Origin: Macrostomum lignano
Taxonomy: Eukaryota
Reading direction: 5' to 3'
Assembly: GCA_002269645.1 (NCBI GenBank)
Contig: NIVC01001857.1
Span: 62,001 to 126,000 of the forward strand
Length of the DNA: 64,000 nucleotides
Shown: one piece after another, positions 11,301 to 22,800 of the stretch
How positions within the stretch are numbered: the stretch's first letter is position 1
Layout: each line of letters starts with the position of its first letter
The notes under the pieces: model-generated
The model's input: only the letters and a program-made list of their open reading frames with translations
Databases searched by the model: none
Told to the model about the DNA's origin: nothing
Position numbers and translations under genes: made by a program

Positions 11301-14059
11301 CGCCTATCTGCTGCCGCAGGTGGCGCCCGCGCAGCGAAGGTAGGCTCTGACTGAAAATGAAAAATCTGGGTTAATCCACTCCTCCTCACTTGAGCGCTAC
11401 CCTCATTAGTCTAATTTCCCTTCATTACTCAAATCTCCCTTCATTAGCCTAAGCTCCCTTCATTTGTCTAATCTCCCTTCATTATCCTAATCTCTATTAG
11501 TCTAATCTCCCTTTATTAGTCTAAGCTTCCCTGATCATTAGTCTAAATTTCCTTCATTAATCTAGACTCCCTTTATTAGTCTAAAAAAACCTCATTGGTC
11601 TAAGCTCCCCTCATTAGTCTAAGCTCCCTTCATTAGTCTAAGCTGCCTGCATTTTTCTAAGCTCTCTCATTAGTCTAATCTCCCCCCATTAGTCTAATCT
11701 CCCCCCATTAGTCTAATCTCCCCCCCCTTAGTCTAATCTCCCCCCATTAGTCTAATCTCCCTTCATTAGTCTAGTCTGCCTTCATCATTAGTCTAATCTC
11801 CTTTAATTAGTCTAATCTCCCTTCATTAGTCTAATCTCCCGTCATTAGTCTAATCTCCCTTCATTAGTCTAATCTCCCTTCATTAGTCTAAACTCCCTAC
11901 ATTAGTCTAATCTCCCTTCATTAGTCTAATCTGCCTTCATCATTAGTCTAATCTCCTTTAATTAGTCTAATCTCCCTTCATTAGTCTAATCTCCCTTCAT
12001 TAGTCTAATCTCCCTTCATTAGTCTAATCTCCCTTCATTAGTCTAATCTCCCATCATTAGTCTAATCTCCCTTCATTAGTCTAATCTCCCTTCATTAGTC
12101 TAAACTCCCTACATTAGTCTAATCTCCCTTCATTAGTCTAATCTCCCCCCATTAGTCTAATCTCCCTTCATTATTCTAATCTCCCTTCAATAGTCTAATC
12201 TCCCGTCATTAGTCTAATCTCCCTTCATTATTCTAATCTCCCTTCAGTAGTCTAAACTCCCTACATTAGTCTAATCTCCCTTCATTAGTCTAATCTCCCG
12301 TCATTAGTCTAATCTCCCTTCATTATTCTAATCTCCCTTCAATAGTCTAAGCTCCCTTCATTAATCTAAGCTCAACCCATGCCCAACTCCCCAGACGAGA
12401 CCTGATCCCAGCAGGCCAAGTGCTGGCCCTGCCCTCGTCGGACCGACTAGAGCGAGCCCGCCTGGTGCTGGGCAACGCTGCAAAACTGGACGCCGCCGTC
12501 TTTGTCCAGCCGGAGGACGTGGCCGGAGCCAGCGAGGCTGGGAGAAACCGGGAGAAGCTTAACCTGGCCTTTGTGGCCAATCTGTTCAATCATTATCCCG
12601 TGAGTAAAGTCTAATTTATGAAATGTACCGAATTAATATTTGATTGGTGGTCCGACTCTCGCGCCACAACCTTTGGTTTGATTCCGTGCGCAGCGGCTCC
12701 ATTTATTTGAGGCTTGTGCACGAAAATTGGTCGAAGAAGGTTGGTGGTGCGATTCACACTCATGAGGATCAACCCAAAAGGCACAAAGAGTGTACATGCC
12801 TGACGATTAGACATTGTTATAAATATTAGTTGCTATGTCGCTCTCGAATTTCGAATCAACTTTAGAAATGTAAGGCGTGAGGTGGTTAATTTTGGGGCAA
12901 GGCGTGAGGTGGTTATTTTGGGGGCAAGGCGTGAGGTGGGTGTTTTGGGGGCAAGGCGTGAGGTGGGTGTTTCGTGGGCAAGGCGTGAGGTGGGTGTTTT
13001 GGGGGCAAGGCGTGAGGTGGGTGTTTCGTGGGCAAAGCGTGAGGTGGGTGTTTCGTGGGCAAGGCGTGAGGGGGGTGTTTTGGGGGCAGGGCGTGAGGTG
13101 GGTGTTTCGTGGGCAAGGCGTGAGGTGGGTGTTTTGGGGGCAAGGCGTGAGGTGGGTGTTTCGTGGGCAAGGCGTGAGGTGGGTGTTTCGTGGGCAAGGC
13201 GTGAGGGGGGTGTTTTGGGGGCAGGGCGTGAGGTGGATATTTTTAGGCGTGAGTTGAGTGTTTTGGCGGTAAGGCGTGAGCTGGGTGCTTTTAAGGGTAA
13301 GGCGTGAGGTGGGTATTTTGGTGCCAAAGTGCAAGGTGGTTGTTTTTTGGGGTAAAGTGCGAAGTGGGTGTTAGCTGAGATGGTGGCTAAAATATACAGT
13401 TTTAGACTTAAACGCTTTACGTACCCACTCAGCTACTAAGTCGGCTCAAAAAGTCAATCGATCGATTTTTCTTCTATTAATCTAAGGCCATGGACTCGAG
13501 CGTCAATGGTGGAAACGGCACCGATGGCGCTTTCGAAGAATTGGACAACCAAGAGAGCTTGGAGGAGCGAACCTACCGTAACTGGATGAACAGCCTCGGA
13601 GTGAATCCCTACGTCAAGGATCTTTACTCCGACTTGCGCAACGGTCTCATCCTGCTCAGCCTGTTAGACATTATTCGGCCAGGCGTGGCGCCCTGGTCGA
13701 AAGTGTGTCGCCAATTCGCTCCAGCCGCTGGTCGCCGGCTGTTCCAGTGGCAGGCCAATTGCAACTACGTGGTGGACTCGGCGAGGGCCGCGGGACTGCC
13801 GATGACCAATATTGGAGCTGAGGATATCCGGGATGGCGACCGGAAGTTGACGCTGGCCTTGGCGTTTCAGCTGTTGCGCGCGTACACCCTGGGCCTGCTG
13901 GCAAGACTGCGCTGCGGTAGCGACGGCGGCGACAGCGGCGAAAGGCAGCAGAGGATTGAGGAGCAGCAGATTCTGGAGTGGGCCAACTCCCGGCTGCACT
14001 CTGCCGGGAAGAGGCGGCGGCTGGCCGGGTTTAAGGTTGTCGAAGAGGGGGGGTTGTTG

Positions 14060-14095
<36 letters not shown>

Positions 14096-14131
14096 AATTG
14101 ATTGATTGATTGATTGATCGATTGATCGATC

Positions 14132-14219
<88 letters not shown>

Positions 14220-14252
14220 AGTTGGTTTGTTTATTGGTTGGTTGGTTGACTA

Positions 14253-14284
<32 letters not shown>

Positions 14285-14360
14285 ATTGGTTGATTGATTG
14301 ATTAAATGATGGATCGATTAAATGGTTGATTGATTGGTTGATTGACTAATTAATTAATTA

Positions 14361-14431
<71 letters not shown>

Positions 14432-14737
14432 AATTGATGGATTGATTGATTGATTGATTGATTGACCCCTCAGGACCCCAGTATCGCGGACGGCTTGGTG
14501 ATCCTCGACCTGCTGGACGCCATCAAGCCGCGCCGCATCAACTGGGCCGCCGCTGAGGCCGCCGTCGACCCGCTGGACCGAGCCCGCTACATCCTCAGCG
14601 CCGCCCGCATGCTGGGCGCCAGAATTTTCACCCTGCCCGAGCACGTAGTCCAGGTGAACAAGAACATGATGATGACTCTGTTCGCCTGTCTCATGGTGCT
14701 CGACTTGCAGCTCAACCAGCAGCAGCATGGCAACTAA
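8314..14737 (+). CDS. PLS3: plastin/fimbrin actin-bundling protein, 667 aa, 6 exons: 8314-8655, 10292-10741, 11146-11339, 12395-12599, 13487-14035, 14474-14737
   Basis: All five introns are GT-AG and phase-consistent (0,0,2,0,0). Plastin motifs for four CH domains are present: AFAGWINRML, DGLVLCKLVN, ENLVLAINSAESIGCCVVNIGA, VLGLLWQIIRIGL, LSPEDLLLRWVN, KLNLAFVANLFNHYP, EERTYRNWMNSLGVNP, LTLALAFQLLRAYTL, ARMLGARIFTLPE, MMTLFACLM. The symbol is family-level, not an orthology claim. Confidence 0.95.
8900..9520. repeat. 16/24-bp minisatellite (CACTCCAGAGATGAGT; TCACTCCAATGATAAGTCAGTGGG) in plastin intron 1
   Basis: A degenerate 16-bp array grades into about 7 near-perfect 24-bp copies at about 9310-9480. 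Confidence 0.85.
9957..10272. repeat. 20-bp minisatellite (CTAGCAATCCACCGCACAG[T/A]) at the 3' end of plastin intron 1
   Basis: About 15 tandem copies ending about 20 bp before the acceptor at 10290-10291. Confidence 0.95.
10768..11010. repeat. 20-bp minisatellite (GACTAGCAATCCACATCACA) in plastin intron 2
   Basis: Same family and orientation as 9957-10272, on the other side of exon 2. Confidence 0.9.
11400..12365. repeat. 19-bp minisatellite (TCTAATCTCCCTTCATTAG) filling plastin intron 3
   Basis: About 50 copies, degenerate at the 5' side. Confidence 0.95.
12645..12815 (+). mobile_element. tRNA-derived SINE, family B (diverged copy)
   Basis: GACTCTCGCGCCAC...GGTTTGATTCC...CACGAAAATTGG...GAGTGTACATGCCTGACGATTAGA aligns with the copies at 46996-47185 and 24233-24400. 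Confidence 0.7.
12865..13330. repeat. 27-bp G-rich minisatellite (GGGGCAAGGCGTGAGGTGGGTGTTTTG) in plastin intron 4
   Basis: Directly visible. A related degenerate array lies at 15775-16035. Confidence 0.9.
14058..14466. repeat. (GATT)n microsatellite making up nearly all of plastin intron 5
   Basis: The intron spans 14036-14473 and the repeat runs to within about 7 bp of the acceptor. Confidence 0.95.
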
Positions 14738-14839
14738 TTCGACTTTTGATGAACCTGATATAAAATGAAAACTTATTGTCACTATCGTCACTCGCTAATT
14801 GCCAGCATATCTACGATCGCACTAATGCATATAGCTTAT

Positions 14840-15095
14840 CTCTGATTGGCTAGCGGTCACCCACTCCTACGCTCTCTGTCTCGCTCTCTTCTCTGTGATT
14901 GGCTAGCGGTCACCCATCCCTCCTCTCTCTGTCTCACTCTCTTCTCTCTGATTGGCTAGCGGTCACCCACCCCTCCTCTCTCTTTCTCATTCTCCTCTGT
15001 GATTGGCTAGTGGTTACCCACCCCTACGCTCTCAGTTCTCACTCTCTTCTCTCTGATTCGCTAGCGGGCACCCACCCCTATGCTCTTTGTCTCAA
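14840..15095. repeat. about 53-bp tandem repeat (GATTGGCTAGCGGTCACCC... core), 5 copies
   Basis: The core recurs at 14844, 14897, 14950, 15001 and 15055. Confidence 0.85.
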
Positions 15096-15774
15096 TCTTT
15101 AAGGTCGTACTGTATCTATAGTTTAGCTTTCCTGTATCGTCAAATTACAGCTCTATTGTCATAACTTGTTAGGTTAATATTTTTAATAATTTAGCCAGTA
15201 AATTGCTGCGCAAAAATCAGCATCACGAACGCTCTGCTTCACAAAGAATTGGATTGTAGTGCAATGATTTTTCGTTTCCAGTTTGTCTGACTGTTAGATT
15301 CTTCCTTTCTATTGGGACATAATGCCCAAAACAGCACCCCTTACAGCACTTAAAGTTAAGAAGAAAACTAAATATAAGTTAAGAGTAGTATGAAAACCCT
15401 TGTAGCAATTAGTCCAAAAATTGTTGTCTAAGTTAAGCAAATCAAAAATATAAACTACAGCGAGAAACAATATTTTGCCAACTGAATATTCATAGTTCAA
15501 GCAACTGCGTGACAACTGTCTTTTATTCTGTTTGTTTAGAATAGAGAATGCTTTTACAAAAAAAATCACAGAAAATTTTCTGTTCTGTTTGTACCAAAAA
15601 ATACGAAGCGTACATTCAATATCTAAGTACTTTTTGTGGCGAAATGTTTTGAAGCTTCTATGTAATTAAAATGAAAAGTTAATTCTCGTTGTACTCAACT
15701 TGAATCAGAGATAAAATCTTGGAGGCAGTGAGGCAGTGTGCAGGAGGATATGCAGAGCGTGAGGGTGTTTTTGA

Positions 15775-16035
15775 GAGCTAGATGTGAGGTGGGTGTTTTG
15801 CCGGTAAGGCGTGGGGTAGTTGTTTTGGGGGCAGGGCGTGAGGTGGTGTTTGGGGGTAAGGCTTGAGGTGGGTGTTTTGGCGATGTAAGGCGTGGGGTGG
15901 GTGTTTGGGGGTAAGGGGTGAGGTGGGTGTTTGGGGGGCCAGGCGTGAGGTGGGTGTTTTTAGGGGTAAGGCGTGAGGTGGATGCTTTGGAGGTAAGGCG
16001 TGAGGTTGTTTTTTTGGGTGAGGCGTGAGGGGGAG
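15775..16035. repeat. degenerate 27-bp G-rich minisatellite, same family as 12865-13330
   Basis: Shares the AAGGCGTGAGGTGGGTGTTT core. Confidence 0.8.
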
Positions 16036-16504
16036 GTTTTTCAAATGGTAATTCAAACCATATCTAAGAAACAAAAAAACTGCTATCTGATCTTTCTTCT
16101 GTCACTATGAGTATAAAAAACAATATAAGATCTTATGCTGTAGAGAACATAATTGGGAAAATTAAGAAATAGGAGTATGATATTTTGCTTGGTTTGCGCT
16201 GCTAAGCATGTCATTTGTTCGAAGAAATTTTCGAATTTCAAAAAACTTTTTTTAAGTCAAACCATCTTTCCTAGTTTTATATTCAGGTCATTTTTTCACC
16301 GGCTTAGCAGCGCAAGGCAAAAAGTGCATGAAAAGTTCTGAAAAGGCCACACAGATCTTGCGTAACGGGTTTTATTCACACCAGCTCACAAAAATTAACG
16401 ATTAAATAAATATAAGTACGATATAAATATTGCTCAAAGCAATTCTGATTCATAACACTGCAATTATCAATAACAGAAGCTGCACGAGTGGGTTCTGTAT
16501 AAAG

Positions 16505-16815
16505 CTCGGACGGGACAGATTTCTGGCGCAGGGACGGATGGGATCTCGGAATAAGTTGAGATGGGATCTCGGGATAAGTAAGGATGGGATCTCGGGACCC
16601 GTCGGGATGGGATCTCGGGACACGTCGGGATGGGATCTCGGGACAAGTCGGGATGGGATCTCGGGACAAGTCGGGATGGGATCTCGGGACAAGTCGGGAT
16701 GGGATCTCGGGACAAGTCGGGATGGGATCTCGGGACAAGTCGGGATGGGATCTCGGGACAAGTCGGGATGGGATCTCGGGACAAGTCGGGACGGGACGAG
16801 TTGGGATTTGGGATT
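16505..16815. repeat. 23-bp minisatellite (GGGATGGGATCTCGGGACAAGTC)
   Basis: About 12 copies, beginning about 50 bp past the channel stop codon on the minus strand. Confidence 0.9.
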
Positions 16816-16863
16816 TCGAGCAAAAATCCCCATCCGAGCACTGACTCTTTGCGGACAATGGGC

Positions 16864-19800
16864 TCAGAAAAAGATGAAGTGACACCAGTAGCCGGTGAAG
16901 AAAATGCTGAAACTAAGCGGGAACAGAACGCGAGAGAATTTGTCAATTTTTCGCGCGATCTGACGTGAATTCGGGGCCCAGGTCTTCCAGTCACCGTATG
17001 TGTATTCATTGACCAGCTTCTTGGCCTGCGTTATAGGAGGGAAATGGGGGGGTAGCAGGTTGCAGAATCGGGGCAGATTGTAGAAGCGGGGGGTAGCAGG
17101 TTGTAGAATCGGGGGTAGCAGGTTGTAGAATCGGGGGTAGCAGGTTGTAGAATCGGGGGTAGGAGGTTGTAGAATCGGGGAGTAGCAGGTTGTAGAATCG
17201 GGGAGTAGCAGGTTGTGGAATCGGGGGGTAGCAGGTTGTAAAATCGGGGGTAGGAGGCTGTGGAATAGGGGGTAGCAGGTTGTAGAATAGGGGGTAGCAG
17301 GTTGTAAAATCGGGGGTAGTAGGTTGTAGAATAGGGGGTAGCAGGTTGTAGAATCGGGGAGTAGCAGGTTGTGGAATCGGGGATAGGAGGTTGTGGAATC
17401 GGGGGGTAGTAGGTTGTAGAATAGGGGGTAGCAGGTTGTAGAATCGGGGAGTAGCAGGTTGTGGAATCGGGGGTAGGAGGTTGTGGAATCGGGGGGTAGT
17501 AGGTTGTAGAATAGGGGGTAGTAGGTTGTAGAATAGGGGGTAGCAGGTTGTAGAATCGGGGGTAGGAGGCTGTGGAATAGGGGGTAGCAGGTTGTAGAAT
17601 AGGGGGTAGCAGGTTGTAGAATCGGGGAGTAGCAGGTTGTGGAATCGGGGGTAGGAGGTTGTGGAATCGGGGGGTAGCAGGTTGTAAAATCGGGGGTAGG
17701 AGGCTGTGGAATAGGGGGTAGCAGGTTGTAGAATAGGGGGTAGCAGGTTGTAGAATCGGGGAGTAGCAGGTTGTGGAATCGGGGGTAGGAGGTTGTGGAA
17801 TCGGGGGGTAGTAGGTTGTAGAATAGGGGGTAGCAGGTTGTAGAATCGGGGAGTAGCAGGTTGTGGAATCGGGGGTAGGAGGTTGTGGAATCGGGGGGTA
17901 GTAGGTTGTAGAATAGGGGGTAGCAGGTTGTAGAATCGGGGAGTAGCAGGTTGTGGAATCGGGGATAGGAGGTTGTGGAATCGGGGGGTAGTAGGTTGTA
18001 GAATAGGGGGTAGCAGGTTGTAGAATCGGGGAGTAGCAGGTTGTGGAATCGGGGTAGGAGGTTGTGGAATCGGGGGGTAGTAGGTTGTAGAATAGGGGGT
18101 AGTAGGTTGTAGAATAGGGGGTAGCAGGTTGTAGAATCGGGGAGTAGCAGGTTGTGGAATCGGGGATAGGAGGTTGTGGAATCGGGGGGTAGTAGGTTGT
18201 AGAATAGGGGGTAGCAGGTTGTAGAATCGGGGAGTAGCAGGTTGTGGAATCGGGGGTAGGAGGTTGTGGAATCGGGGGGTAGTAGGTTGTAGAATAGGGG
18301 GTAGTAGGTTGTAGAATAGGGGGTAGCAGGTTGTAGAATCGGGGGTAGGAGGTTCCAAGTCAGGCCCGGACTCGCTCACCATCAGAGGCGACATGAACGG
18401 ATCCTGGGTGTCTCCTTCCTGCGCGTTGCCATTCATCGATCTTTTCGCCGCCTTTCGAATTCGCCTGGTGACACGCCGGATCTCATTTCTAGCCATGGTG
18501 TTGACCATGGCGAATTCGAGCATCGCGCTGAACACATACATCACTGTGACGCCCATCCAGATGTCGATGGCTTTGATGTAAGACGCTTTTGGCAGCGTCA
18601 TCCACAGGCCCATGGACTGTGTGGTCATTGACAGGACGGTCATCACGCCTGAATTCGAGCATAGATTTGGTAAAGGTTACTACAGGGCCAAGATTTTGAA
18701 CAATGGTAGTCAAGGGAGTCAGGGGCCGCGGCCTCCCCTCCCTCAGTCGCCTCCACAAAAATTGCGCACCTCCAAAAACATAATGAAAGAGATAAACTCA
18801 ACAGGAGCTCAACATTCGCCCCTCGTGGACGTGAAATCCACCGGGCTAAGAGACAGGGTAAGGCCGCCTAACAAGAGACAGGGCCGCCTAACAAGAGACA
18901 GGGCCGCCTAACAAGAGACAGGGCCGCCTAACAAGAGACAGGGCCGCCTAACAAGAGACAGGGCCGCCTAACAAGAGACAGGGCCGCCTAACAAGAGACA
19001 GGGCCGCCTAACAAGAGACAGGGCCGCCTAACAAGAGACAGGGCCGCCTAACAAAAGACAGGGCCGCCTAACAAAAGACAGGGCCGCCTACCAAGGGACA
19101 GGGCCGCCTAACAAGAGACAGGGCCGCTTAACAAGAGACAGGGCCGCTTAACAAGAGACAGGGCCGCCTAACAAGGGACAGGGCCACCCAAAAAAGACAG
19201 GGCCGCCTACCAAGAGACCAAATATTGGGGCCCCTTAGGGTTGCGATCCCTTCCAGTTAGAATTCCTGCCTACCCCACTGCGGAGAGCAACCCTTTCACA
19301 GATGCACTCTACATCTATATCGCTATTCTTACATCACGGTTATCTTTCTTAGTCCACTTCATCACCTGTCATTTTAGCTTAAACCCTTCAGAGTTCCTGT
19401 TCACGGGAAACCGGATCCTAGACACGGTGCTGGCTTCTGAATTTTTCATGCTCCACCTCTATCTGGTTTAGTATAAAGTCAGTTTTTTCTATGGGGACAC
19501 AAAGAAGAGTAACTTCAAACTAAAAAAATATTCGTTGCAAATATGGATAATTGATTTCATGCCTGAAAAGTGCCGTTTCTGACATCGACTCATAATCGAG
19601 AGAAGTTAGTTTACACTGGAAGGTTAACACACTGACCCAACGATATCCGTGCTGGCACGGCTTCAATGCTGATCCAGAAGGACACCCAGGACAGCACGAC
19701 AATGAGAGTGCTGGGAACGTAGTACTGGATCAGGTATACGGCGAACACTCGACGAAGTACAAAGTGCACCCGGAGACAGGGGAACTCGCCTGAAAATTGC

Positions 19801-22800
19801 GGAGAAGTGAATATCAATACTTTGATGAACCGCTAGGCTTCAAGGCTCTTGCCCTTGGCCCTTGCCAGCATCTATCAGTCCAGCAATTGTCCGGCGTTGA
19901 GTCGGCAAGCTTAATCACTCACTCACTGACAACCAGGCCCTTACAGCCAGTTTAGAGTCGGCAGGAATCACCACTCCAGTTTGCACCTCTCTGTAGCAGG
20001 TAACCCTTACAAGATACCGAGGGCATGCGGGCTCAGAGTCCTTCACCGAGTGTTCAACGGAACTCAGAGTCCACTACCGAGTGTTCAACGGAGCTCAGAG
20101 TCCCCTACCGAGTGTTCAACGGAGCTCAGAGTCCCCTACCGAATGTTCAACGGAGCTCAGAGTCCCCTACCGAGTGTTCAAACAAGAGTCCACTACCGAG
20201 TGTTCAACGGAGCTCAGAGTCCCCTACCGAGTGTTCAAACAAGAGTCCACTACCGAGTGTTCAACGGAGCTCAGAGTCCCCTACCGAATGTTCAACGGAG
20301 CTCAGAGTCCCCTACCGAGTGTTCAAACAAGAGTCCACTACCGAGTGTTCAACGGAGCTTAGAGTCCCCTACCGAGTGTTCAAACAAGAGTCCACTACCG
20401 AGTGTTCAACGGAGCTTAGAGTCCCCTACCGAGTGTTCAAACAAGAGTCCACTACCGAGTGTTCAACGGAGCTTAGAGTCCCCTACCGAGTGTTCAAACA
20501 AGAGTCCACTACCGAGTGTTCAACCGAGCTCAGAGTTAAACAAGAGTCCCCTACCGAGTGTTCAAACAAGAGTCCACTACCGAGTGTTCAAACAAGAGTC
20601 CCCTACCGAGTGTTCAAACAAGAGTCCCCTACCGAGTGTTCAAACAAGAGTCCCCTACCGAGTGTTCAAACAAGAGTCCACTACCGAGTGTTCAAACAAG
20701 AGTCCACTACCGAGTGTTCAACCGAGCTCAGAGTTAAACAAGAGTCCCCTACCGAGTGTTCAAACAAGAGTCCCCTACCGAGTGTTCAAACAAGAGTCCC
20801 CTACCGAGTGTTCAAACAAGAGTCCACTACCGAGTGTTCAAACAAGAGTCCCCTACCGAGTGTTCAACCGAGCTCAGAGTCCCCTACCGAGTGTTCAACC
20901 GAGCTCAGAGTCCCCTACCGAGTGTTCAACAATGCTCAGAGTCCCCTACCGAGTGTTCAAACAAGAGTCCCCTACCGAGTGTTCAACAATGCTCAGAGTC
21001 CCCTACCGAGTGTTCAAACAAGAGTCCCCTACCGAGTGTTCAACAATGCTCAGAGTCCCCTACCGAGTGTTCAAACAAGAGTCCCCTACCGAGTGTTCAA
21101 CCGAGCTCAGAGTCCCCTACCTTTGGGCAGTGCTCCTAAAGTAGGTGTTAATGTCCAAACTTTGCATGATTTTGCTATGGGTGCGTGATTCATAGTTGTT
21201 AGTTAATTAATACATAATATAAACATCGTAGCATATCATAGCATGAAAAAAACTATTTTGCAGTGAAAGTGTTACTTTATACTTATATAAACATAAATAA
21301 TTGCTCAAATGAAAACAGACCCAAGGGTGCTTTTCTCTCAAGAGTCTCTTGTCTTATGCGTACCCCAGCAACAAGGAAAACAGCTGGGGGGCAGTTCAGT
21401 GTCTCGCTCCCAGCTTATCGGATATTTACATGATCTCGGCAAAGACCCTGGGAAATGCTAATTTCTCTGTTAGAAAGCCAGGCTTGCAGTGATCGACTGA
21501 CTCGAAAGGAAATTGTCGTCAATCGAGGAGAGTGCGAATTGAGCTCTCCTCTCACTCCAGTAAACTATTTACTAATTTTAACAGTTCCATAAACTAAACG
21601 AGTAGTGCGTTGAGATCATTAATTTAATTTGAAGCTCCACTGTCGATCGTATTGATTACTGAACTACAGTAGTACAAGTATTACTTTTCAGAATTATTCC
21701 TTACTTGGGACGCTTCTTTGGGGACTAAGGGGCTTTAGCACCAAGGGGCTTTAGCACCAAGGGGCTTTAGCACCAAGGGGCTTTAGCACCAAGGGGCTTT
21801 AGCACCAAGGGGCTTTAGCACCAAGGGGCTTTAGCACCAAGGGGCTTTAGCACCAAGGGGCTTTAGCACCAAGGGGCTTTAGCACCAAGGGGCTTTAGCA
21901 CCAAGGGGCTTTAGCACCAAGGGGCTTTAGCACCAAGGGGCTTTAGCACCAAGGGGCTTTAGCACCAAGGGGCTTTAGCACCAAGGGGCTTTAGCACCAA
22001 GGGGCTTTAGCACCAAGGGGCTTTAGCACCAAGGGGCTTTAGCACCAAGGGGCTTTAGCACCAAGGGGCTTTAGCACCAAGGGGCTTTAGCACCAAGGGG
22101 CTTTAGCACCAAGGGGCGCCAGCACCAAGGGGCTTTAGCACCAAGGGGCTTTAGCACCAAGGGGATTTAGCACCAAGGGGATTTAGCACCAAGGGGATTT
22201 AGCACCAAGGGGATTTAGCACCAAGGGGATTTAGCACCAAGGGGATTTAGCACCAAGGGGATTTAGCACCAAGGGGATTTAGCACCAAGGGGCTTTAGCA
22301 CCAAGGGGCTTTAGCACCAAGGGGCGCCAGCACCAAGGGGCGCCAGCACCAAGGGGCGCCAGCACCAAGGGGCGCCAGCACCAAGGGGCGCCAGCACCAA
22401 GGGGCGCCAGCACCAAGGGGCGCCAGCACCAAGGGGCGCCAGCACCAAGGGGGGCCAGCACCAAGGGGGGCAGCACCAAGGGGGGCAGCACCAAGGGGGG
22501 CAGCACCAAGGGGGGCAGCACCAAGGGGCGCCAGCATCAAAGGGCGCCAGCACTAAGGGGGGCAGCACCAAGGGGCGCCAGCAACAAGGGGCGCCAGCAC
22601 TAAGGGACACCAGCACCAAGGGGCGCCAGCACTAAGGGACACCAGCACCAAGGGGCGCCAGCACTAAGGGACACCAGCACCAAGGGGCGCCAGCACTAAG
22701 ACACCAGCACCAAGGGGCGCCAGCACTAAGGGACACCAGCACCAAGGGGCGCCAGTACTAAGGGACACCAGCACGAAGGGGCGCCAGCACTAAGGGACAC

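Noticed and set aside
17006-18379. A 546-aa ORF suggesting a giant proline-rich M3-M4 loop in the channel
   Set aside because: A donor ATG|GTGAGC at 18379 and an acceptor at 17026 splice the array out in phase and join directly to the M4 exon. Intron retention cannot be excluded without RNA data.
19981-21188. 387-aa ORFs, and similar ORFs at 49307-50359, 58069-59889, 12807-13334 and 16376-17009
   Set aside because: All lie within tandem arrays.
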